Source of the DNA: Candidatus Eiseniibacteriota bacterium
GTDB lineage: Bacteria > Eisenbacteria > RBG-16-71-46 > CAVPCR01
Assembly (NCBI GenBank): GCA_963702435.1
Contig: CAVPCR010000005.1
Span: 64,001 to 128,000, forward strand
Length of the DNA stretch: 64,000 nt
Reading direction: 5' to 3'
Shown one piece after another: positions 46,975-55,550 of the stretch (the stretch's first letter is position 1; the number at the start of each line of letters is the position of its first letter). The translations under genes were made by a program, and so were the position numbers. The notes beneath the pieces are model-generated. The model ran no database searches. It saw nothing but the letters and a program-made list of their open reading frames with translations, and had not been told where the DNA came from.

Positions 46975-47676
46975 ATGTTCGAGCATTTCGATTGGATCGC
47001 GGCGATGCGCTCGAGCCCGGTGATGGTGATCATCCTGGGCCTGAGCGTCGTCACCATGGGCTACGCGTTCGAGCGGGCCTTCTTCTTCTGGCGGATCAAG
47101 GGGAGCGCGGACGCCGCCATGGGCGCGGCGCTCGCCAAGGTGCGCAGCGGAGGTCACAGAGAGGCCGAGCGCACGCTCCGGGCCACTCCGCATCCGGTGG
47201 GCCCGATCGCCGCCGAGATGCTCGCCTGCGCCCATCTCCCGAGCGAGGCGAGCGAGGAGCGACTGGCGATCGCGATCAGCGAGCAGCGTCTGGTCCTCGA
47301 GCGGAACCTGAGCTTCCTCGGCACCATGGGCAACACCGCGCCGCTCATCGGGCTCCTCGGCACCGTGTGGGGCATCATGCGCGCATTCCACGACATGGCC
47401 GCGACCGGCTCCGCGGGGCCGTCGGTGGTCGCCGCCGGCGTGGCGGAGGCCTTGTTCACGACCGCGGCAAGCCTCGTCGTCGCCGTGCCCTCCGTCATCC
47501 TCTACAACTACTTCCTCCGCCGGATCGCCGTGATGCTGACCCAGGCCGAGAACGGCGCGCGGCGCCTCCGGCAGGCGATCGCGGAAGCACCCGTCCCGGC
47601 GAGCGCGCCGGCCGCGGTCACCCCGGCCCCGGCGATGACGCCGGCGCCGCGGGTCGCCGCCGCCCGCGCCGCCTAG
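46975..47676 (+). CDS. exbB: MotA/TolQ/ExbB proton-channel protein (AglR-like)
   Basis: LGTMGNTAPLIGLLGTVWGIMRAF...GVAEALFTTA. Confidence 0.93.
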   Translation: MFEHFDWIAAMRSSPVMVIILGLSVVTMGYAFERAFFFWRIKGSADAAMGAALAKVRSGGHREAERTLRATPHPVGPIAAEMLACAHLPSEASEERLAIAISEQRLVLERNLSFLGTMGNTAPLIGLLGTVWGIMRAFHDMAATGSAGPSVVAAGVAEALFTTAASLVVAVPSVILYNYFLRRIAVMLTQAENGARRLRQAIAEAPVPASAPAAVTPAPAMTPAPRVAAARAA

Positions 47677-47695
47677 ACCGAGAGAGGAGACGACC

Positions 47696-48109
47696 GTGGC
47701 TTCCACCGACCTACAGAACGGCAAGCAGCCGGCGGGCATCTTCGAGGTCAACCTGACCCCGCTCATCGATGTGTCCCTGGTGCTGGTCGTGATCCTGATG
47801 GTGGCGATGCCGATGATCTTGCAGACAGGGATCGCGGTGCGGAATGCCGGCGGACGCGCCGGGACTGCAGCCGCCGCCCGTGTCGAGCGGATCGAGATCG
47901 CCATCCTCTCCGCGGACAGCGTGCGGGTGAACGAGACCCTCGTCGCGCGCCGGAATCTCCGCGGCGCCCTCGTACCGCTGCTCGCCGCGAGCCAGAACCG
48001 GCTCGTCGTCCTCGAGTGCGACGAGCGGGTCCCGCATGGCACCTTCGTCGAGGTGCTCGACACGGCCAAGGGCTCCGGTGCGAAGCAGATCGCCGTGATG
48101 GAGGAGTGA
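47696..48109 (+). CDS. exbD: ExbD/TolR family protein, copy 1
   Basis: EVNLTPLIDVSLVLVVILMV with conserved Asp; D..VPHGTFVEVLD. Confidence 0.92.
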   Translation: MASTDLQNGKQPAGIFEVNLTPLIDVSLVLVVILMVAMPMILQTGIAVRNAGGRAGTAAAARVERIEIAILSADSVRVNETLVARRNLRGALVPLLAASQNRLVVLECDERVPHGTFVEVLDTAKGSGAKQIAVMEE

Positions 48110-48110
48110 C

Positions 48111-48536
48111 ATGCGCCGACCGTCCACCGCCCTACCCCAGCCGATCACGAAGGTCAACGTGACGCCGATCATCGACGTGGCGCTCGTTCTCGTCATCATC
48201 CTGCTCGTGACCGCCCCCATGCTCACGGTCGCCGATCTTCCGGTCGATCTGCCGCCGGCGCACACCAGGGACGCCGAGGATGAGCGGAACGTGAGCATCA
48301 CCATGGGTCGGAACGGCGAGCTCGCGATCGATCGCGACGTGATCGAGCGCAGCGAGCTCAAGCCCCGACTGGCGGCGCGGCTCGCCGAGCCGGGGAACGA
48401 GGACGTGCTCGTCGTCGTGCGCGCCGATCTCGGGATGGAGCACGGCCTCGTCCGCGAGATCCTCGCCGACGCGCGCGCCGCAGGTGCGCAGCGTCTCGCC
48501 ATCGCCACGCGGCAGAAGCCGGAGACCGCGCCATGA
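48111..48536 (+). CDS. exbD: ExbD/TolR family protein, copy 2
   Basis: VNVTPIIDVALVLVIILLVTAP; VRAD. Confidence 0.92.
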   Translation: MRRPSTALPQPITKVNVTPIIDVALVLVIILLVTAPMLTVADLPVDLPPAHTRDAEDERNVSITMGRNGELAIDRDVIERSELKPRLAARLAEPGNEDVLVVVRADLGMEHGLVREILADARAAGAQRLAIATRQKPETAP

Positions 48537-49498
48537 CCACGCCGGCCCTCTGCTTCCCGCCCCCGCCGGCCGGCCGCAGGAGAACTGGGATCGCGATGGC
48601 GCTGAGCCTCGTGATCCATGCCGCCGTCTCGAGCTGGCTCGTCTTCTTCGCGCCGGCGACGCCCGAGCGCGAACCGATCGCGGAGATCGAGATGCTCGCG
48701 CCCGCCGACCTCCTGCCGGAACCGGCGAGCGCACCCGCCGTGGCCGCGTCGCGCCCCCGCGCCGGCGCACCGGCCGCGAGCGTCTCGCCCGCAGATCCCG
48801 CCCGCGTGGCGGCCTCCCCCGCGCCGGCGAGCGCGCCCTCCGCACCGCCCCCGCCGAGCGGAGCCCGCGGCCGCGCCCGCGCCGCCGAGGTGGCCGGCGC
48901 CGTGGGGTCCGGAAACCTCCTCGGTGACATCGACGCCGTGATGGCGGGGATCGGGAGCGCTCCCCTCGGCACGGCTGCCGCCGGCGACGGCGGGGCTGAC
49001 GCGCACCGCGCCGCCGCGGCGACCCTCGCCGCGGGTGCCGGCCGCGAGAGCGGTGCCGCCGGGATCGCCGCGGCCGCGGCGAGCGCCGGCAGCGGCCTCT
49101 CGACGGGCCCGCTCGCGCGCTCCGCTGTCGCGATCGAAGAGGTGGCGTTCGGGAGTGGCGGGGACGGCGGGAGCGGCACCGGCGACGGCGAGAGCGGTTC
49201 CGGGGACCGCACCACCGCCTCGCTCATGGCGGTCGTGCACCGCTATGCGAGCGGCATCAAGTACTGCTACGACCGCTGCCTCGAGACGCGTCCCCACGTC
49301 GCAGGGCGGATCGTGCTCCTCATCACGGTGGCCCCGAACGGGACCGTCTCGCGCGTCCAGACGGCGGCGAACACGGTCAAGGATCCGGAGCTCGAGGCCT
49401 GCGTGCTCGGCCAGGTCAAGGCCTGGAAGTTCCCGGCGAGCGCCGGCTCGCCGGTGACCTTCCGCTGCCCGCTCGTCTTCACACCACCCGCGGAGTGA
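48533..49498 (+). CDS. TonB-like energy transducer with AgmX/PglI (GltG/GltJ-type) C-terminal domain
   Basis: TM helix with SxxxH (SLVIH); Pro/Ala/Gly linker; IKYCYDRCL...AGRIVLLITVAPNGTVS...ELEACVL...WKFP. Confidence 0.85.
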   Translation: MTTPALCFPPPPAGRRRTGIAMALSLVIHAAVSSWLVFFAPATPEREPIAEIEMLAPADLLPEPASAPAVAASRPRAGAPAASVSPADPARVAASPAPASAPSAPPPPSGARGRARAAEVAGAVGSGNLLGDIDAVMAGIGSAPLGTAAAGDGGADAHRAAAATLAAGAGRESGAAGIAAAAASAGSGLSTGPLARSAVAIEEVAFGSGGDGGSGTGDGESGSGDRTTASLMAVVHRYASGIKYCYDRCLETRPHVAGRIVLLITVAPNGTVSRVQTAANTVKDPELEACVLGQVKAWKFPASAGSPVTFRCPLVFTPPAE

Positions 49499-49540
49499 CC
49501 GGGAGGGCGCTCGTTCAGGAGACCATGAGCTCTCTGCACG

Positions 49541-50581
49541 CTAATCCGCCGCGGGTGCGGCGGGTCGCTCGAGCGCGAAGCCGGAGGTCGTGTGCGTGGC
49601 GCCGGCAGCGTCGACGATGAGCGCTTCCACGTCCGGGAGCCGCTCGGCGAGGGCGAGGCCCCGCTCCGGTCCGAGGACGAAGAGCCCGGTCGCGAGCGCA
49701 TCGGCGATGCCGGTATCCGTGCTCACGACCGTCACGCTCCGGCAGTCGGTTGCCGGATATCCCGTCGCCGGATCCAGGATGTGGTGATAGCGACGGCCGT
49801 CGAGCTCGAAGTAGCGCTCGTAATCTCCCGAAGTGACGACCGAGATTCCATCCGCGAGCGGCAGCGTGGCGATCACCCGGTCGCGTTGCCGCGGGTCCTG
49901 GATGCCGACGCGCCAGGGTCGCCCGCCCACGCGGCCATCCACGCGCAGGTCCCCGCTCACGTCGATCACGAAGTCGGTGAAGCCGCGGCTCCGGATCACC
50001 TCCGCCACGCGATCGGCGATGTAGCCCTGCGCGATCCCGCCGAGCCCCATGGCCATCCCCGAGTCGGCGAGCGCCACCGTGTGCGCGGCCGGATCGAGGT
50101 GGATCTTCCGGTAGTCGACCAGCGCCCGGGCGCGCGCGATCGCGGCGGGCACCGGGAGCGCGGGCGGCGTGCGCTTGAAGTCCCAGACGCGACCGAGCGG
50201 GAGGAACGTGATGTCGAACGCCCCACCGGTCAGCCGGCCGATCTCGAACGACTTCGCAATGAGGGCGAAGGTCTCGGGCTCCACCTCGACGCCGGCACCG
50301 CTCCCGGCAGCGGCATTGACGCGCGAGATGTCGCTCGTCGGGATCCACTCCGAGACGAGCGCCACCAGGCGATCCACCTCGGCGTAGGCCGCGTCCATCG
50401 CCGTGCGTGCGGCGGCGGTCCGCTCGGCCGGCGCATCGACCTGGATCGACATCGGCGCCGCCATCTTGACACGATCGTCGCGCACGACGGCAGCCGCTGC
50501 CGGTCGGCCGAGGGTCGATGCAGCGAGAGTCGCAAGGAGCCAGACGGAGAGAAGACGGGCAGGGGCGAGCTTCGATCTCAT
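49541..50581 (-). CDS. apbE: FAD:protein FMN transferase
   Basis: SDISRVN, TGGAFDIT, LGGIAQGY, WRVGIQDPR, VTSGDYERYF, YHHILDPATGYP, ADALAT; signal peptide. Confidence 0.95.
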   Translation of the reverse strand: MRSKLAPARLLSVWLLATLAASTLGRPAAAAVVRDDRVKMAAPMSIQVDAPAERTAAARTAMDAAYAEVDRLVALVSEWIPTSDISRVNAAAGSGAGVEVEPETFALIAKSFEIGRLTGGAFDITFLPLGRVWDFKRTPPALPVPAAIARARALVDYRKIHLDPAAHTVALADSGMAMGLGGIAQGYIADRVAEVIRSRGFTDFVIDVSGDLRVDGRVGGRPWRVGIQDPRQRDRVIATLPLADGISVVTSGDYERYFELDGRRYHHILDPATGYPATDCRSVTVVSTDTGIADALATGLFVLGPERGLALAERLPDVEALIVDAAGATHTTSGFALERPAAPAAD

Positions 50582-50680
50582 GGGGCCTCCCGGACGACGT
50601 TGGCCGACATCCATGAGTTATCGGCCGGCGCGGGCTCCTCGCTTAGCCCGCGCCGTCCACCCGGCAGGCGCCGTTTCGAA

Positions 50681-52462
50681 TCAGCGCAGGACCAGGAACT
50701 TGACGCCCGCCGCGCTGCCGCCGCGGAGCCGCGCGAAGTAGACGCCGTTCGCCGCCTCGCCCGGCGACCAGCTGGCGCGCCCGGCGCTCGCCGGCGCGAG
50801 CCGGTCGATGATGCGGCCCTGCATGTCCACGATCTCGATCACGACCGGGCGCAGCGCGCCCTCGATCGCGAACTCGGCGCGCGCGCCGATCGGATTCGGG
50901 GCGACGCGGAGCGCGAGCTCGTCGAGGAGCGGCGTAGCGGCCAGCACGGCGGCGGCATACGGGCTCCCGCCGTAGACGCCCGTGTTCCGCGCGTCCACGT
51001 TCCGGAGAGGCCAGTCGGCGCGGCCCGGCAACGCCTCCCCTGTCGTGTCCCACGCGTACACGAGACCGTTCCAGGTGGCGGCGACCAGCTCGAAGAGCCC
51101 GTCCCCGTCGATGTCGCCGGCAGCGACGCCGGAGATCGAGGGGGCCGCCATGAAGAGCGGGTATCCGGCGAGGAGCTGGCCGTTCCGGTTGAACGCGCGG
51201 AGATCACCGGCATCGGTCGCGACGCAGACATCCTGATAGCCGTCGTTGTCCACGTCGACGACGGTCGGGAAACCCTCGGGCCAGCCGACCACGTTCACCG
51301 GCCAGCCCGGGAGCAAGGCGCCCGTCGCGAGATCGAGCGCGAACACGCGGTTGTCGCCGGTCAGGTGATTGTCGGTCGCCACGAGCTCGGGCCGGCCGTC
51401 TCCGGTCACATCGCCGAGCGCGATGTAGTAGAGCTGGCTCGAAGTCGCGATCGCCTTCGGATAGCCGGCGACTGCCGTGCCGTCGTGATGCCGCGCGTAG
51501 ACGCGCGACCCGGCGCCGTCCCAGTGCCCGATCAGGATCTCCAAGTTCCCGTCGCCATCGAGATCCACCGGCACCGGCGGCCCGAACGGGAGGTAGCCGC
51601 CGGAGAAGGTGTGGAGCGTGATCGGATAGCCGGCTTGCTCGCCGCCCGCCGCCGTGAACACGTGGAGCTTGAGCGACGGGGTCACGAAGGAAACCGCGAA
51701 CATCTCCGCATGGCCGTCGCCGTCCACGTCCCCGAAGTAGAGGGAGAGGATATTCTCGGCGGCGTTCACATCGGTCGTGAAGAGCCGCGTCCCCAGATGA
51801 TCGAAGCCGGACACGCGGTAATGGATGAAGTTGTTGCCGCGCGTGTGCGGGCCCCAGGCCTCGAGGTCCCCGTCCACATCCACATCGCCGAGGACGAACG
51901 GCACATCGAGCGCGTTCGACTGCGCCTCGATCGCTTCCTGCGGAAAGCCCGGGAGGTTGGTTGCATCCACGTTCTTCCCGTTGAAGCACCACATGCGGGC
52001 GCTCCCGGCGTACCAGTCGCGCTCGGACCAGAGGATCTCGACATCGCCGTCGCCGGAGAGGTCGGCGGCGGAGGGTCCGGGCTTCTGATCGTTCGTGCCG
52101 TAGCCCATGTAGGCCTGTTCGACCGTCGGCCAGCCGGGGAGGAAGGTGCCATCGCCGCGCAGACCGAAGGTGTGGCCGCCGGTCAGGAAGATCTCATCGG
52201 CGCCGTCGAGATCGGCGTCGAAGAGGGTCGGCGTGTAGGGGTAGCCTGCGCTGGGACACTGGAGGTTCACGGGCCAGCCCACGCGGAGGGCGGGAGCGGG
52301 CGGGGTGTCATGCGCGGGAGTCGCGGTCGCGGCCAGCGGCTCACCGGAGTCGGGGGCCGTGGTCCAGGGTGTCGCGTGGCGGGCGGGATTCTCGGCAGCC
52401 AGGGCCGCAGTCACCGGCATGACGAGGACGAGGACAAGCGGGATCAGCTTCGAGGAGAGCAT
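50681..52462 (-). CDS. Secreted FG-GAP/VCBS repeat protein with T9SS-type CTD
   Basis: Repeated DLDGDG..EI and (P/A)G(W/F/Y)P units; CTD APNP...ANGVYF. Confidence 0.88.
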   Translation of the reverse strand: MLSSKLIPLVLVLVMPVTAALAAENPARHATPWTTAPDSGEPLAATATPAHDTPPAPALRVGWPVNLQCPSAGYPYTPTLFDADLDGADEIFLTGGHTFGLRGDGTFLPGWPTVEQAYMGYGTNDQKPGPSAADLSGDGDVEILWSERDWYAGSARMWCFNGKNVDATNLPGFPQEAIEAQSNALDVPFVLGDVDVDGDLEAWGPHTRGNNFIHYRVSGFDHLGTRLFTTDVNAAENILSLYFGDVDGDGHAEMFAVSFVTPSLKLHVFTAAGGEQAGYPITLHTFSGGYLPFGPPVPVDLDGDGNLEILIGHWDGAGSRVYARHHDGTAVAGYPKAIATSSQLYYIALGDVTGDGRPELVATDNHLTGDNRVFALDLATGALLPGWPVNVVGWPEGFPTVVDVDNDGYQDVCVATDAGDLRAFNRNGQLLAGYPLFMAAPSISGVAAGDIDGDGLFELVAATWNGLVYAWDTTGEALPGRADWPLRNVDARNTGVYGGSPYAAAVLAATPLLDELALRVAPNPIGARAEFAIEGALRPVVIEIVDMQGRIIDRLAPASAGRASWSPGEAANGVYFARLRGGSAAGVKFLVLR

Positions 52463-52560
52463 GGGCAGCTCCTTCGCCGATGTTGGGGATTGGCCTCCCG
52501 TAACGATCCTCCTCGCGGCCGCCTTCGTCAAGCCCTCGTCCCCGCATCCCGGCGCGCCGG

Positions 52561-52594
52561 AAACACGAAGGCCCGGCTCACGGGCCGGGCCTTC
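52561..52594 (-). terminator. Probable intrinsic terminator of the DUF4397 gene
   Basis: GAAGGCCCGGC-N6-GCCGGGCCTTC, an 11-bp perfect stem followed by GTGTTT on the minus strand. Confidence 0.7.
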
Positions 52595-52619
52595 CTGGGT
52601 CGCGCGGAGGATGGCGTAG

Positions 52620-54557
52620 CTACTTGAGCAGCGTCATCTTCTTGATCTGGGAGAAGTTCCCCGCAGTCAACCGGTAGTAGTAGATCCCCGACGCGTAGGA
52701 CGACGCATCGAAGGTCACGTTCTGGTTGCCTGCCGCCATGCGCTGATCGACGAGACGGCTCACCTCGCGCCCGGTCACGTCGTACACCGAGAGCGTTACG
52801 TCCATCTCTGCCGGCAGCGTGAAGGCGATCTGCGTCACCGGGTTGAAGGGGTTTGGCGAGTTCTGGGCGAGCGTCATCTCCGCCTCGCTTGTCGCCGTCA
52901 CCACCTCGGCATCCCCCGACCCCTTGGCCGCGAGATCGCTCTCCGGACCCGCCTCGGCCAGCGCGCTTACCGCCGGCAGGGCCAACACGTTCCCGTCCGG
53001 GAAGGCGACGTAGAGCCCGAACGCGGGGCCGTGCTGATTGTTGGACGGATCGAGGAAACCGGAGGCGAAGACGACCGCGGCGCCGCCGCCGAGGCCCCGG
53101 AGGTCAGCCTGGTAGGCGGCGACCACCGCGTTCGAACCGGCCGGGCGCACCTCGAGGCGGTAGTTGAGCGGGATCACCGGGAGGTAGCCCGAGAAGTCAC
53201 CGTAGCTCAGGTGCTTGTAGAGCGGCACCGCGAGCCAGCCGAGCCGACCGAAGATGTTCACGGTCGGGGCGTCGGTCGCGCCGTGGAAGGCGAGGAGGTC
53301 GACAAGACCCGGGTAACGTCCGCTCTCGCGACCGCCGTCGCGCGAGAAGATGTTGAAGCCGATCCCTCGCCCGTTCGGATTGGCCGCGAACTCATCGGGA
53401 TCAAGCACGCCGCTCGCGATGGCCACGTAGGTGCGGTCGGCCTCGAACGTGAAGGGGACGACCGCGATGATGTCACCGGGGCCGGACGAGTTGCCGGGCG
53501 CCACCCCGATCGGGATCTGCACTCCGGCCGGGACGTCGATGAAGGGCGTCGCCGCGCGGAAGGCGAAGTCATCGAGGAGGAGCGTGTTCCCCGCGTAGAT
53601 GTCCACCACCGCCGCGCCCGGGTCCGCCGCATTGTGGATCACCTGGAGGCGGGCCGTATCGCCGCCGCCGATCGCCTCGAGCGGGATAACCGTACCGTTG
53701 GGTAGCGCGACGAAGAGGCCGAAGCCGGCGCCGCCTTGGTTGGCGGCCGGATCGAGGAAGCCTGATGCGAAGACGAGGCCGGCGCCGCCGCGGAGGCCCC
53801 GGAGATCGGCGCGGTAGGAAGCGACGACGGCCGAGTTGTCATTGCCCAGCGTGACGTCGAGGATGAAGGGCAGGGCCAGAGTGCTCCGGTAGCGAGAGAA
53901 ATGGCCATACCTGAGATTGTCGAAGAGGAGCAGGCCGTTCCTGGCGCTGTCGCCCGACAGTTCCGCGGCGCCGTGGATCGGCTCGCCCAGCTCGGCCGCG
54001 TACTTCTCGGCGAGGGCGAGGTCCTCTTCGCTGCTGCTCTCAGCGCCAGTCGGGCGGAGCGAGTAGTCCAGGCGCGCGACCACATCCACGGTCGGTGCAT
54101 CGGTCACGCCGTGGAACGCCATCAAGTCAACGAACCAGGGGTAGCGCGCTCGCTCGCGCAGGCCGTCTCTCGCGAAGAGAGTGAAGGCGATGTTAGCGCC
54201 CTCCGGATTCGCCGCGAACTCGTCGGGGTCGAGCACGCCGTTGGCCATCGCCACGTACTTCTTGCCGGCCGCGAGCGTCACCGGGAAGGTGGCGAGGATG
54301 TCACCAGGACCGCTCGAGTTGCCCGGGGCGACGCCGATCTCGAGTTCCACGTCTGCCGGCACATCCACGAACGGAGTGGCAGCGCGAAACGCGAAGTTGT
54401 CGAGGAAGAGCCCGTCGTTGACGTAGATGTCGACGACTGCGGCGGTCGGATCCGCGGCGTTGTGCACGACCTGGAGGCGCGCCGTGCTGGCGAAGGTGGC
54501 CGGAGCGAGCGAGAGGAGGAGCAGGGCGATCGCGCCCTGGGTCACGATGGTTCGCAT
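52620..54557 (-). CDS. Secreted DUF4397-repeat protein with T9SS-type CTD
   Basis: Two duplicated halves ARLQV.HNAADP..AVVDIY...FHG.TDAPTV; CTD QNSPNPFNP...ASGIYYY. Confidence 0.9.
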   Translation of the reverse strand: MRTIVTQGAIALLLLSLAPATFASTARLQVVHNAADPTAAVVDIYVNDGLFLDNFAFRAATPFVDVPADVELEIGVAPGNSSGPGDILATFPVTLAAGKKYVAMANGVLDPDEFAANPEGANIAFTLFARDGLRERARYPWFVDLMAFHGVTDAPTVDVVARLDYSLRPTGAESSSEEDLALAEKYAAELGEPIHGAAELSGDSARNGLLLFDNLRYGHFSRYRSTLALPFILDVTLGNDNSAVVASYRADLRGLRGGAGLVFASGFLDPAANQGGAGFGLFVALPNGTVIPLEAIGGGDTARLQVIHNAADPGAAVVDIYAGNTLLLDDFAFRAATPFIDVPAGVQIPIGVAPGNSSGPGDIIAVVPFTFEADRTYVAIASGVLDPDEFAANPNGRGIGFNIFSRDGGRESGRYPGLVDLLAFHGATDAPTVNIFGRLGWLAVPLYKHLSYGDFSGYLPVIPLNYRLEVRPAGSNAVVAAYQADLRGLGGGAAVVFASGFLDPSNNQHGPAFGLYVAFPDGNVLALPAVSALAEAGPESDLAAKGSGDAEVVTATSEAEMTLAQNSPNPFNPVTQIAFTLPAEMDVTLSVYDVTGREVSRLVDQRMAAGNQNVTFDASSYASGIYYYRLTAGNFSQIKKMTLLK

Positions 54558-54911
54558 TCTCGATCTCCTTCGAGCGAAGTGCAGGTTGTCAGTGGATGAC
54601 TGCCCTGGGCTCAAGTCGCCCGCAGGTAGGGCTTCCCTCTTACGCCCTTGAGATCGATCGCCCCGAGATAGTGTTCAAGTATTTTGCGGGACAATCAGGA
54701 ATCCGCATGCCTGGTCGGATCCTGGTCGAGTGTTATAACTTATTGGCAAAATTAGCGTTAAGTACGTCCGACCCCACTTGAGCGGCAGCTTGCGCCCGGC
54801 GGCGAGCCGCGGCCGGGCCGCCCGTGGCGCAGGCCCGGCGGCGAGCCGCACGCGGGGTCGAAGTCCCCGGCCGAGTCGGTCGACTTCTGGCTCGAGCTCC
54901 TCGGGGAGACC

Positions 54912-55016
54912 ATGGCCGAGAAGCCGGCCACCGAGGAGTTGCTCCGCTATCCGCCGGTCAAGTTCTACTACCTGAACTGCGGGCTCGGCTGCGCCTGCAA
55001 GCCGCTCGAGTCCTGA
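54912..55016 (+). other. Possible small Cys-rich ORF or 3' gene remnant (34 aa)
   Basis: MAEKPATEELLRYPPVKFYYLNCGLGCACKPLES*; nearly all codons end in G/C; the frame is also open upstream (VDFWLELLGET). Confidence 0.4.
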
Positions 55017-55030
55017 GCCGCTCCGTTCCG

Positions 55031-55525
55031 TCACCGCGCTCGGGCTTCGCTCACGAGATCCCGCACGCCGGCCAGGACCTCAGCGCGCAGGCCCGGATAG
55101 GCCGCGGCGACCACCGGCGACAGCTCCTCGCCGAAGGTTTCCGCGTCCTCCACCTCGACCGCGAAGATGTGGACGTCCTCGGCCAGCGCCTTGACCCGTC
55201 CCATCCACCGCCCGAGCTCGAGCGCGGTTGCGAAGTTGGCGTCGTGCACGTTCGAGAGATGGAGCGTGTCGCGGAGCTCGAGGCCCGTGAAGCGGTAGAG
55301 CGACCCGGGCACGCCACCCTGCGTGCGGATCGCATCGATCACGATCAGGCGATCGTAGCCGGCGACCACCTCGATCAGGTCGAGGCCACCGATCGAGCAC
55401 TCGGGGACGACATCCATCCCGGCCGTCCCCGCCAGGTCTATCCCCACGTCGCACGCAAGCCGCACTCCCACCGCGTCATCGCGGAGGATCGGATTGCCCA
55501 TGCCGAGGAGGAGCGTCCGCTTCAC
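55031..55525 (-). CDS. Hydrogenase maturation endopeptidase (HycI/HybD family)
   Basis: LLLGMGNPILRDDAVG, LIVIDAI, NVHD. Confidence 0.92.
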   Translation of the reverse strand: MKRTLLLGMGNPILRDDAVGVRLACDVGIDLAGTAGMDVVPECSIGGLDLIEVVAGYDRLIVIDAIRTQGGVPGSLYRFTGLELRDTLHLSNVHDANFATALELGRWMGRVKALAEDVHIFAVEVEDAETFGEELSPVVAAAYPGLRAEVLAGVRDLVSEARAR

Positions 55526-55550
55526 CCCCGACTCCTCGGCGGCGGCCGGT

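Noticed and set aside
39709..49498. Proof of myxobacterial gliding motility, or a plain Tol-Pal operon
   Set aside because: There is no FHA-bearing GltG, GltI/J or MglA link for gliding, and no tolB/pal for Tol-Pal; only the core homology is supportable.
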